A DNA stretch of 64,000 nucleotides from Oligoflexales bacterium (GTDB taxonomy: Bacteria; Bdellovibrionota_B; Oligoflexia; Oligoflexales; JAPPIL01), in NCBI GenBank assembly GCA_965215515.1, contig OZ244057.1, positions 1,408,001-1,472,000 on the forward strand. Direction: 5' to 3'. Below the pieces are notes generated by a model that saw nothing but the letters and a program-made list of their open reading frames with translations, was not told the DNA's origin and did not search any database. Positions 1 through 8,843 of the stretch are shown here, piece by piece. The stretch's first letter is position 1. Each line of letters begins with the position of its first letter. The position numbers and the translations under genes were made by a program.

Positions 1-1
1 A

Positions 2-625
2 GCCATCACTCTCGGGACAGCGGGGTTCACCGCCGCACTGTGCTATGAACAAATGGTACGCAACGCACAAACCCCAGAATTGGGCGAGCTTGTCATCACG
101 GGAGCTTCAGGCGGCGTGGGCAGTATTGCCACCGCTATTTTCAGCCAGCACGGCTATCGAGTACTGGCGGTGAGCGACAAACAAGACCGTCAGGGGTGGT
201 TGCGCAAGCTAGGTGCACAGGAAGTCTGGACAACGACACAACTACTGGCACACAATCCTGCACCGCTTGCTTCAGCGCGTTGGGGCGGAGCGATCGACAA
301 CCTCGGCGGCACGTACTTGACTGCCTTGCTCAAGGCAACAGCCCTGCACGGCAACGTTGCCTGCGTGGGACTAGCGGCCTCCGCCACCCTGCACAGCACC
401 GTCTTTCCACACCTCCTGCGCGGCGTAAACCTACTCGGTATCAGCTCCAACAACTGCCCTCTACCCCAACGCCACCGTCTCTGGCAACGTCTTGCCGATG
501 ACCTGCGCCCCCACCGACCCGACCTGCTGGTCAGCGAGGAAATCACCCTCGCAGAACTGCCGACCACCGCCGAACGCATGCTGGCACGCCAAACACGAGG
601 GCGCATTATCGTACGGCTGCCCTAG
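2..625 (+). CDS. YhdH/AcuI-family NADPH-dependent quinone/acryloyl-CoA oxidoreductase (5' partial, runs off window)
   Basis: Frame open from base 2 (AITLGTAGFTAAL...); VITGASGGVGS nucleotide-binding motif; LRGVNLLGI and C-terminal GRIIV typical of YhdH/AcuI. Confidence 0.85.
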   Translation, partial: AITLGTAGFTAALCYEQMVRNAQTPELGELVITGASGGVGSIATAIFSQHGYRVLAVSDKQDRQGWLRKLGAQEVWTTTQLLAHNPAPLASARWGGAIDNLGGTYLTALLKATALHGNVACVGLAASATLHSTVFPHLLRGVNLLGISSNNCPLPQRHRLWQRLADDLRPHRPDLLVSEEITLAELPTTAERMLARQTRGRIIVRLP

Positions 626-652
626 CCTTCCGCTTGCAGGAAAAAAGATCGG

Positions 653-1819
653 TCAGGAGGCGTTGAGCAAGGCAACTATTCTTTGTGCCCCGTCTGCCAT
701 ATCGTGTGCGGCGACGATACGCAGCTGTGATCGTTGTAAAATTGCCTTCCCCTGCTCGACGTTTGTGCCTTCCAAACGTACCACCAGAGGCACTTTCAGC
801 CGTAGTTCACGTGCCGCAGCTACCAAGCCGTTGGCGATCGTGTCGCAGCGCATGATGCCTCCGAAGATATTGACGAAGATACCTTGCACCGCTCTGTCCT
901 GTAAAATTATACGAAAAGCATCGGTCACCTGTTCTTCGTTCGCTCCGCCTCCCACATCGAGGAAGTTAGCGGGCTCGCCGCCGTAGTGCTTGATAATATC
1001 CATCGTCGCCATCGCCAAACCCGCGCCGTTGACGAGACAACCGATCGATCCACTTAAACCGATATAACTGATGTTGCATTTGGAAGCCTCGACTTCACGC
1101 TCGTCCTCCTCGGCAAAATCACGCCACTCCTGTAACCTCTTCTGCCGAAAAAGGGCATTGCCATCGATAATAACCTTGCTGTCAAGCACGACCCAATCGT
1201 CGTCGACGACTGCCAACGGGTTAATCTCTAACAACGACAAGTCGTAGCGGCGGAAAACCCGATAGAGGTTCTCCACCAACGGGTGAAATTTGCCCGCAAG
1301 CGGCGTACCCGCCAAGCCCAGCCCGATCAGCAAACGATAGAGATAAAAACTCTTCAAGCCGATACGAGGATCGACATGCACCGTCAAAATCTGACCTGCG
1401 TCTTTAGCTGCGACTTCTTCGATGTCCATGCCGCCCTGCGTTGAAGCGACGATCGCGATGGCAGCACGCTCTCGGTCGATAAGCAGGGAGAGGTAAAACT
1501 CACGGGCAATATCCGCCCCCGCCTCGATGTACAGCCGCTGCACCTGCTGGCCGCGTGCTCCCGTCTGCGGTGTGACTAGCGTTTTGCCCAGCATTTCGCC
1601 CGCCACCGTGCGACACTCAGCAGGTGAGTTGACCAGCTTAACTCCGCCTGCCTTGCCGCGTCCACCTGCGTGAATCTGTGCCTTCACTACCGCACGATCG
1701 GTCTGTAGCCGCAGCATGGCAAACTCCGCCTCAATCGCCGACGTAACGGCATAACCACGCCCCACAGGAACACGATGGCGGCGTAGTAGGGCTTTGGCTT
1801 GGTACTCATGAATTTTCAC
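653..1819 (-). CDS. sucC: Succinyl-CoA synthetase beta subunit
   Basis: MKIHEYQAK start, KAQIHAGGRGKAGGVK, NGAGLAMATMD, PANFLDVGGGA, NIFGGIMRCD. Confidence 0.97.
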   Translation of the reverse strand: MKIHEYQAKALLRRHRVPVGRGYAVTSAIEAEFAMLRLQTDRAVVKAQIHAGGRGKAGGVKLVNSPAECRTVAGEMLGKTLVTPQTGARGQQVQRLYIEAGADIAREFYLSLLIDRERAAIAIVASTQGGMDIEEVAAKDAGQILTVHVDPRIGLKSFYLYRLLIGLGLAGTPLAGKFHPLVENLYRVFRRYDLSLLEINPLAVVDDDWVVLDSKVIIDGNALFRQKRLQEWRDFAEEDEREVEASKCNISYIGLSGSIGCLVNGAGLAMATMDIIKHYGGEPANFLDVGGGANEEQVTDAFRIILQDRAVQGIFVNIFGGIMRCDTIANGLVAAARELRLKVPLVVRLEGTNVEQGKAILQRSQLRIVAAHDMADGAQRIVALLNAS

Positions 1820-1822
1820 CGT

Positions 1823-3448
1823 TTACCCCATGTGTGGGTAGCGATAAGTTGACAGCGGCTGCAACGTCTCCTTTATTGTGCGTGCCGACATCCACCGTGT
1901 CAAGTTGAGATAACTACCTGCCTTATCGTTAGTGCCTGAAGCACGCCCGCCGCCGAAAGGCTGTTGCCCGATAATCGCCCCTGTCGGTTTGTCGTTAATG
2001 TAAAAATTACCCGCCGTGTAACACAAGGCATCGCTGAGCCGTTGCACCGCACGCCGATCCTGTGCGAAGATCGCTCCCGTCAAGGCATAGGCAGCCGTGG
2101 TGTCGCACAGGGCAAGGGTGCGGTCGAGATCTTCATCCGCATAAACATAGACGGTCAAAACAGGGCCGAAAATTTCCTCCCGCATCGTCCGATAGTGTGG
2201 ATCTTTCGTCAGTAGAATGGTCGGTGCGATGAAATAACCACGGCTATCATCACGACCACCACCGACGAGAACTTCCACCCCTTCGGCTCCCCGTGCGGCA
2301 TCGATGTAAGCGGTAATTTTTTGGAAAGCTTTCGCATCGATGACCGCGGCGATAAAATTGCTAAAGTCAGCAGGGTTGCCCATTTTAATCTCGCGGGTAC
2401 GAGCCACCAGATCGTCCTTGATGTCGTTCCACACCGAAACGGGAAGATAAGCACGCGAAGCGGCTGAGCATTTTTGCCCTTGATACTCAAACGCCCCCCG
2501 CACTAAGTGATTGATCAACGACTGACGATCGGCTGACGTGTGGGCAAAGACGAAGTCCTTGCCGCCCGTTTCACCGACGAGTCGCGGATAATTGCGATAA
2601 TGCTGGATATTATTGCCGACCTGTGCCCACAGCCGACGGAAGACAGCGGTCGAGCCCGTGAAATGTAAACCGCTACAGTCTGGATGTGCCAACACCTTAG
2701 CGCTCACACGCGCCGCGTCGCCAGGCACGAAGTTGATGACTCCTGGCGGTAAACCCGCCTCACGCAACACCTCTAAACCAGTCCAGGCCGACAGTGCCGC
2801 CTGTTCCGCGGGTTTCCACACCACACAACAACCCATCAGGGCTGGGGCGGCGGCAAGGTTGATGGCCAGCGAAGTAAAATTGAAGGGCGACACGGCATAG
2901 ACGAACCCTTCGAGACCACGATACTCGCTTCTGTTCCACACCCCAGGCACGGATAAGGGTTGCACCTCATAGATGTCTTGCAGGTAAGAGACATTGAAAC
3001 GCAGGAAGTCGATTAGTTCACAAGCCGCATCGATCTCGGCTTGATACAGTGTCTTGCTCTGCCCCAGCATGGTGGTGGCATTAATCGCGGGGCGGTACTT
3101 GCCTTCCAGCAAATCCGCCGCCCGCAGGAACACTGCGGCACGCTGTTCCCACGGTAACCGCGACCATTCCTTCTGTGCCGTAACCGCCTGCGTGATCGCC
3201 TGAGCGATGTCCTCGTCATCGGCCAGACTACAGTTGGCGATGTGATGGGTATGGGCGTGCGGTGCGCAGATTTTGAACTGCTGGGTTTTCATTACGGTCC
3301 GTTCGCCGATCAACAGCGGTACGTCAGCCACGTGCTGACTGCGAGCCTTGAGTTCCTGACTGAGTGCCTCCCGTTCAGGTGATCCTGGCAGATAGTCCCG
3401 CACAGGATCGTTGATAGGCTCAGGGACGCTGGAAATAGCATTGCTCAT
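1823..3448 (-). CDS. pruA: 1-pyrroline-5-carboxylate (glutamate semialdehyde) dehydrogenase
   Basis: QAEIDAACELIDFLRFN, SPFNFT, GETGGKDF, FEYQGQKCSA, GTNDKAG; ATG at 3448 follows a GGAG Shine-Dalgarno. Confidence 0.95.
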   Translation of the reverse strand: MSNAISSVPEPINDPVRDYLPGSPEREALSQELKARSQHVADVPLLIGERTVMKTQQFKICAPHAHTHHIANCSLADDEDIAQAITQAVTAQKEWSRLPWEQRAAVFLRAADLLEGKYRPAINATTMLGQSKTLYQAEIDAACELIDFLRFNVSYLQDIYEVQPLSVPGVWNRSEYRGLEGFVYAVSPFNFTSLAINLAAAPALMGCCVVWKPAEQAALSAWTGLEVLREAGLPPGVINFVPGDAARVSAKVLAHPDCSGLHFTGSTAVFRRLWAQVGNNIQHYRNYPRLVGETGGKDFVFAHTSADRQSLINHLVRGAFEYQGQKCSAASRAYLPVSVWNDIKDDLVARTREIKMGNPADFSNFIAAVIDAKAFQKITAYIDAARGAEGVEVLVGGGRDDSRGYFIAPTILLTKDPHYRTMREEIFGPVLTVYVYADEDLDRTLALCDTTAAYALTGAIFAQDRRAVQRLSDALCYTAGNFYINDKPTGAIIGQQPFGGGRASGTNDKAGSYLNLTRWMSARTIKETLQPLSTYRYPHMG

Positions 3449-3568
3449 CGGTTTATCACTCCGCAAGTTACAAAGCCCGCATAGTAACTACGAGGATGAA
3501 GAATAGCAATTAACAATCTCGCTAAGGAAGGTAAGCCCGCGAGCCTGACTCTGTGCGAGAAAACGAAC

Positions 3569-4897
3569 TCACGGGTGGAATTCGCTCGTGTCGAGGTTGT
3601 GGAAGGAGACGTAGTTAGCGAGGAAAGCTAGTTCAATCGTAGCCATCGGCCCGTGACGGTTTTTCCCGATAATGACTTCTGCTTTGCCTGTGTCTTCCGA
3701 GTTCTTGTGGTAGTATTCGTCACGGTAGATAAACAGCACGAGGTCAGCATCTTGCTCCATCGAGCCTGATTCTCGCAGATCGCTCATGCGCGGGCGTTTG
3801 TCGGGGCGAGCATCGGGAGCGCGGTTGAGTTGGGCGAGTGAGATGACAGGAACGCTCAGTTCTTTTGCGAGAGACTTCAGACTGCGAGAGATTTCCGAAA
3901 TTTCCCGCTCGCGATTTTCGTAACGGCTCTCGACATTGCGCCCCACCAGCTGCAGATAGTCGATAACGATGAGACCGAGACCGTGTTCACGTTTGAAACG
4001 CCGACAACGAGAGCGCAGTTCCATCATGGTGATTGCGGGTGTGTCGTCGATGTGCAGGGGAGCGGGCAAGTCATCTAGCTGTCGCATGCCTCGCATCAGC
4101 GTATCCTGTTCATCTTCGTTGAGGTTACCGCGTCGCATTTTGGCGGAGTCTATTTTCGCTTCCGATGCCAGCAAGCGCATTACCAGCTGGTTGCTCGACA
4201 TTTCCAGCGAAAAGACTGCCGTGGGGGAGCCCTTACGTGCCGCCGCCATTGCCCAGTTCAGCGCTAATGCGGTCTTACCCATGCCAGGCCTCGCGGCGAG
4301 AATTATCAGATCGCTTGCCTGCCAGCCTCCTGTTACTGCGTCGATATCTTTGAAACCCGTGGACACACCTGTCAGTTTATCACCCATCCCGATGCGGGTT
4401 TCCAGCTCATCCATCACGGTACTGACGATGTCACCTGCGGGAATCAAACCACGTTGTTCTTGTTCTTCTGTCGCTTGCAGCAGTTCCTTTTCGATCTGCT
4501 CTAAAAATTCCTCATCTTCTCCGTCATAGTGCAGTGTTTTGTGAATAACGTCTTGACAGCTTTTGATTATTTTGCGCCGCACATGGCATTGTTTGACGAT
4601 GTTGGCGTAGTGTTCGATGTGCAGTGTTACGGGGCAACTGTCCACTAATTCCGAGAGGTAGGCGACCGAAATTTTCCCCCGATAACCCGCCAACTCAGCG
4701 ACCGTAATCACGTCCGCAGCGCGGCCCTCACTGTCCAGCTTGGTGATGACATTGTAGATTACTTGGTGTTTCTCGACAAAAAAGTGTTCTTGTCGCAGGA
4801 TGTTGGAGATGTTGATGAAGATTGCTGGCTCGTTGAGGACTGCGCCGAGCACCGCCTTCTCGGCATCCACAGAGTGCGGTGGAACAGCCGCGCCCAT
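3569..4897 (-). CDS. dnaB: Replicative DNA helicase
   Basis: PPHSVDAEKAVLG, AARPGMGKT Walker A, IDYLQL, SDLRESGSMEQDAD, KNRHGP. Confidence 0.98.
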   Translation of the reverse strand: MGAAVPPHSVDAEKAVLGAVLNEPAIFINISNILRQEHFFVEKHQVIYNVITKLDSEGRAADVITVAELAGYRGKISVAYLSELVDSCPVTLHIEHYANIVKQCHVRRKIIKSCQDVIHKTLHYDGEDEEFLEQIEKELLQATEEQEQRGLIPAGDIVSTVMDELETRIGMGDKLTGVSTGFKDIDAVTGGWQASDLIILAARPGMGKTALALNWAMAAARKGSPTAVFSLEMSSNQLVMRLLASEAKIDSAKMRRGNLNEDEQDTLMRGMRQLDDLPAPLHIDDTPAITMMELRSRCRRFKREHGLGLIVIDYLQLVGRNVESRYENREREISEISRSLKSLAKELSVPVISLAQLNRAPDARPDKRPRMSDLRESGSMEQDADLVLFIYRDEYYHKNSEDTGKAEVIIGKNRHGPMATIELAFLANYVSFHNLDTSEFHP

Positions 4898-4910
4898 GCC
4901 CCATCCTCCC

Positions 4911-5354
4911 TCAAGCTGCTACAACCCAGATTTTGAATTTAGCGATCAGTTGGGGGTGTAGCTTTACCTCTGCCTCGTAGATGCCTGTCTTCTTGATATC
5001 CTCGCCCAGCACGATGTTCTTGCGGGAAACTTCAATCCCTTCGGCTTTGAGTAGTTTTTCCAGTTCACCCGTCGTGACCGTGCCGAAGATACGCTCGCCC
5101 TCGCCAACCTGCCGTGCCACCGTCAGAGACAGTCTACCTAGCTGGGTGGCGGTGGTTTTTGCGGCGTTCAGCAGTTTATCTTGTTGCCGTGCAATAACCC
5201 GTCGGTGGTGTGCGTTGATGGCTTTGTTCCTTCTGCTGGCGAGCACCGCTAACCGTGAGGGCAGCAGGAAATTGCGGGCGTAGCCGCCTTTCACCGTCAC
5301 CTCTGCACCGCTGCTACCGAGCTCAGCAACATCTTCGGTGAGAATTACTCGCAT
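4911..5354 (-). CDS. rplI: 50S ribosomal protein L9
   Basis: MRVILTEDV..LG..G..V.VK.GYARNFLLP, IFGTVT; lies directly before dnaB. Confidence 0.97.
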   Translation of the reverse strand: MRVILTEDVAELGSSGAEVTVKGGYARNFLLPSRLAVLASRRNKAINAHHRRVIARQQDKLLNAAKTTATQLGRLSLTVARQVGEGERIFGTVTTGELEKLLKAEGIEVSRKNIVLGEDIKKTGIYEAEVKLHPQLIAKFKIWVVAA

Positions 5355-5366
5355 TCCTTCTTCTCC

Positions 5367-6023
5367 TTATCCTTGGTCTTCCAGCTTTGTGCTGTTTTCG
5401 TCGTGTGTTTGGTCGATAACACTCCCCTCAGGGAGCGGTGCGGGGTCATCGTGCCTCCTCTCTTCCTGTGGCGGAGGCGTGTCGTCGGTGGCCGTCATCT
5501 CCTCCGCTATGTCTGCCGACCCCTCGTCTGCTGAGCTCTCGTTCTCCACTACTTCGGCCACAGGAGGGGGGAGTTCTCCGACGGCTGTCTGGGACGGGGT
5601 TTCTTCCTCGCCAGTCTGTGTGGAAGACGGTGTGTTGCTGGTCTCGTCTGTGCTGGGGGGGGCGGACTCGGCTTGTGCTTGTGCAATGCGTTTCTGCTCG
5701 GCAGCCACTTCTTCTCGCACCGCGGCTGACTTGCGTTTCTCCATGCCGACGATGAGGTGGCGCAGCACCTTCTCGTCGAAACGCATTTGCTGTTCCATGT
5801 CCTTGACAATTTTGGGGTCGGCGGAAATATCATAGTTGACGAAGTAGCCGCGGAAACATCTCTTGATAGGATAGGAGAAACGTTTTGTTCTTACTGTATC
5901 CTTGCGCAGCACCGTGCCATCACGGGCAGCGATCTTGCCTTCGTAGTGCGTCAGCACTGCGGCCAAATCTTCTTCCGACAGATCGGGTCTGATGACTATC
6001 GTGAATTCGTAATCTCTCAACAT
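5367..6023 (-). CDS. rpsF: 30S ribosomal protein S6 with long acidic/Pro-rich C-terminal tail
   Basis: RDYEFTIVIRPDL...YPIK...GYF...VLRHLIV S6 core; ATG at 6023 with GGAGG SD; about 218 aa. Confidence 0.92.
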   Translation of the reverse strand: MLRDYEFTIVIRPDLSEEDLAAVLTHYEGKIAARDGTVLRKDTVRTKRFSYPIKRCFRGYFVNYDISADPKIVKDMEQQMRFDEKVLRHLIVGMEKRKSAAVREEVAAEQKRIAQAQAESAPPSTDETSNTPSSTQTGEEETPSQTAVGELPPPVAEVVENESSADEGSADIAEEMTATDDTPPPQEERRHDDPAPLPEGSVIDQTHDENSTKLEDQG

Positions 6024-6048
6024 CACACATCCTCCACTGGCAAGTCGT

Positions 6049-6597
6049 TCAAGCCTGTGATCTAGCAAAAATCTGCTGCAAACGCAGCAACACCTCCTCA
6101 TACATCGTGGAGCGCAAAACTTCCAGCTCAGCGGGGCTGAATTCGCCCAGCACCCACTCATGCCCGTCCTTCTGCCGCGCCTGAGGCGGGGGAGCAACCC
6201 CTAACTTGATGCGCTGGAAGCTCTGACTCTGCAAGCAGTCGATGATGCTCTGCACGCCATTGTGTCCTCCGCTACTGCCTGCGGCTCTGCTTTTCACTTT
6301 TCCCGCGGCGATGTCGAGATCATCGTGCACAATCACTACGTCTTCGGGAGGGAGGCGGAAAAACCCCACCGCCGCGGCTACCGCTTGCCCGCTGTGGTTC
6401 ATCCACGTCTGCGGCTTGAGCAAAAGACAGCGTGTGCCGTACAACTCACCCTGTGTCTGCAAGGCTTGCAGTTTTTTCTTCGTCTGCCACGCCCATCCGT
6501 GTGCCGTTGCCAGCAAGTCGAGACAGATAAAACCAGCGTTGTGCCTTGTCAGTGCGTAGCGCGGCGTGGGATTCCCCAGTCCGACCAGCAGCTTCAC
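6049..6597 (-). CDS. pth: Peptidyl-tRNA hydrolase
   Basis: LVGLGNP, TRHNAGF, KPQTWMN.SG, HDDLD, GGHNG. Confidence 0.97.
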   Translation of the reverse strand: MKLLVGLGNPTPRYALTRHNAGFICLDLLATAHGWAWQTKKKLQALQTQGELYGTRCLLLKPQTWMNHSGQAVAAAVGFFRLPPEDVVIVHDDLDIAAGKVKSRAAGSSGGHNGVQSIIDCLQSQSFQRIKLGVAPPPQARQKDGHEWVLGEFSPAELEVLRSTMYEEVLLRLQQIFARSQA

Positions 6598-6890
6598 TGC
6601 TCATACATAATATCAGCGTGCAGTGGGGTGCGTTTTACCGCATCGATCTGCACCTCGTGCAACAAAGCGTTGTGTGTTGCACCGTCGAGCTGCAAGATGA
6701 AACGTCTGCCGCTTTGCCACACTTTAGCCAGCAGTTTGGGGTCAAGCTCGATCGCCGTGCTCTCACCTCGCTCCAGCACCACCGCGGGTAACTTGTCTGC
6801 TTGCCGCAACTTGCGAGCATAACCCTTGCCTGTTCCTTCTCGCCGCGTCGCGACGATCGTCATAAGCTCTGTTTTTCCGCTCTGTTCCAT
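6594..6890 (-). CDS. rplY: 50S ribosomal protein L25 (short single-domain form)
   Basis: R...GKG.ARKLR...LPAVV...LHAD; overlaps the pth start by 4 nt; start placed at ATG 6890. Confidence 0.9.
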   Translation of the reverse strand: MEQSGKTELMTIVATRREGTGKGYARKLRQADKLPAVVLERGESTAIELDPKLLAKVWQSGRRFILQLDGATHNALLHEVQIDAVKRTPLHADIMYEQ

Positions 6891-7011
6891 CCCTCTGCCC
6901 TCGTGCAACCTACACCCGCAGCAGGTCATAACCCATGACCACGATAGTTTTCAACGCTTTTCTGCCGCTCTGTGTAGTGTGAGCAAGTGTGAAACCGATA
7001 CGTTTTTTTGT

Positions 7012-8523
7012 CTACTGTTTATCTTCGGAAGGTGGCTCTGTGACCTTGAAAACGTAAACTGCTCGGTCTTCGTAGATAATGTGCAGATTTGGGTCTTTGG
7101 CAATAATTCTACGTAAACCGTGAAATTGGCTCGTGCAAAGCCCGTAGTAAATTTTAAAATGATGGAAAAGAACGTCCGCGGTGCGCTCGGCGGTTCGTCC
7201 GTTAGCAACGCTCATCCAGGTGTGCCAGACTTGCGGTGACCAACTGTACATGAAGAGCGGGTCCATGAAAATCATGTAGCGGTTGTGGTGGTTGAAATAA
7301 AACAGCTCGGGAGAATCATCCCAGTCGCAGGTGAAGACAGTGCTGTCGGGGGGGGTGTTCTGCTGCAAAAATTCTGCGCCTTTCTCGTAACGTGAGGGTT
7401 TTACCCGTGAGAGGTCACGATGCATGTTGCGGTAGGAAAACACCCCGCTGATAGTTGCGGTGGCTGCGATGAGCGCCGTACAGATGGCGGTTTTGAGCTT
7501 TGTACGTGACCACAGGGCACGCCAGCTGAGTTCTGGCCAGCGGTCACGGCAGTAGCAGGCGCAGAAAAGCAGACCGACAGGGTAGGAGTATTCGACAAAG
7601 CGTTTAGAAACCATGGTCATGACGATGAAGGCCGCGGCCATCGCGAGCAGATGCTTGCTCTCGCGACTCGTTCTGCTCGGGTACAGCACCGCCAGATACA
7701 ACGCCCCCATGAACGGCAGAAGCAGGGGGAGATTGTAGGTGAGAAAGTAACGCGTCGGCATCGGCTTGAGTTCTGAACCTTGAAAGAGATTGATGTCCCA
7801 AAACAACTGTTGCCATGCCAGTTCGAAGTTTTGCACGTAAAACACCACCAGATTGTTAGGGAAAAACGGCGAGATCAGTATCGAGACGAGCACCGCGAGC
7901 AACGGCACGACTAACGACCGCCAGCTAACTCTTTCCCGCATCAGTAACTGACCCGCACAAAAAATAATCCCCAACACCAGCGGCATGTGGATGGCCGTGT
8001 AGGATTGGGCATAGAGAAAGCTCAATATCGCCAGCAGTGTATAGCGTTGTCGCACCGTCGCGTGTACCATCCACAGCATGAAGGTCATCGACAACAGATG
8101 CGGACGCGGCAGATGCAAGCGAAACAGAAACACATCCCCCGCCACCAACAGCAAGACGACCCATAGGTAACGCAGAGGGACACGATGCAAGCGCAAGATA
8201 AGGTTGAAGCTGACGATAAAGAGTGCGGCAAACACTACCGCCGCGTGTTTCACACCTGTGACCAGGTCAGGGAAGAAGGTGAACGGAATCAACAGGACGT
8301 GGAAAAGAAATTCCTTGTCGGAAAAATTGTCTGTCCATAAGCTGAACTGTGCCCAGGGGAATTCTTGGAAAATACCCCGCTCACGCAACAACCACGCGTA
8401 CTTGATGTGATAGTAGCCATCGTATCCAGCTATCCACGGGGTGGTAAACTGCTGATACCAGCAAAATAGCCACGCCAGGGAGAAAACCAGCAGTGTTTCC
8501 GCGGCGCAGAACCACTTACTCAC
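7012..8523 (-). CDS. Polytopic membrane protein, possible GT-C-fold glycosyltransferase
   Basis: Many hydrophobic segments, DGYYH after the first TM helix, soluble C-terminal domain with DWD; function inferred. Confidence 0.55.
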   Translation of the reverse strand: MSKWFCAAETLLVFSLAWLFCWYQQFTTPWIAGYDGYYHIKYAWLLRERGIFQEFPWAQFSLWTDNFSDKEFLFHVLLIPFTFFPDLVTGVKHAAVVFAALFIVSFNLILRLHRVPLRYLWVVLLLVAGDVFLFRLHLPRPHLLSMTFMLWMVHATVRQRYTLLAILSFLYAQSYTAIHMPLVLGIIFCAGQLLMRERVSWRSLVVPLLAVLVSILISPFFPNNLVVFYVQNFELAWQQLFWDINLFQGSELKPMPTRYFLTYNLPLLLPFMGALYLAVLYPSRTSRESKHLLAMAAAFIVMTMVSKRFVEYSYPVGLLFCACYCRDRWPELSWRALWSRTKLKTAICTALIAATATISGVFSYRNMHRDLSRVKPSRYEKGAEFLQQNTPPDSTVFTCDWDDSPELFYFNHHNRYMIFMDPLFMYSWSPQVWHTWMSVANGRTAERTADVLFHHFKIYYGLCTSQFHGLRRIIAKDPNLHIIYEDRAVYVFKVTEPPSEDKQ

Positions 8524-8622
8524 CTCCCGCTCCGCAACGACGTGCGGACAGTTCCCGCTTGTGTCCGCCGCGTGTCTCTGCTACAACCGTCCCTGGTGTA
8601 CGGGGAAAAAGGAGGTGTCAGC

Positions 8623-8790
8623 ATGGCCAAATCAACTCGCCGTGAAGTTGTCAAGCTCGTCTCGACTGCGGGGACTGGGTACTATTATACGGCAAAGGTA
8701 AAGAAAGAAAAAGAAAAACTACTGATCAAGAAGTACGACCCCAAAATCCGTCGGCATGTTGATTTCAGACAAGCCAAGCTCACCAAATAA
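8623..8790 (+). CDS. rpmG: 50S ribosomal protein L33 (zinc-free form)
   Basis: KLVSTAGTGYYY, KKYDP..RRHV.F; AGGAGG SD before ATG 8623; no CxxC. Confidence 0.95.
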   Translation: MAKSTRREVVKLVSTAGTGYYYTAKVKKEKEKLLIKKYDPKIRRHVDFRQAKLTK

Positions 8791-8843
8791 AAGCAGGTGG
8801 GATGGCAGGGCTTTTTTGTTGAAACTGTAACGGTGCGTTGTCG

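Noticed and set aside
6024..6197. Long N-terminal extensions on rpsF (likewise ffh, hisS, rpmG)
   Set aside because: They overlap neighbouring genes or promoter regions; downstream starts, mostly with Shine-Dalgarno sites, match the family N-termini
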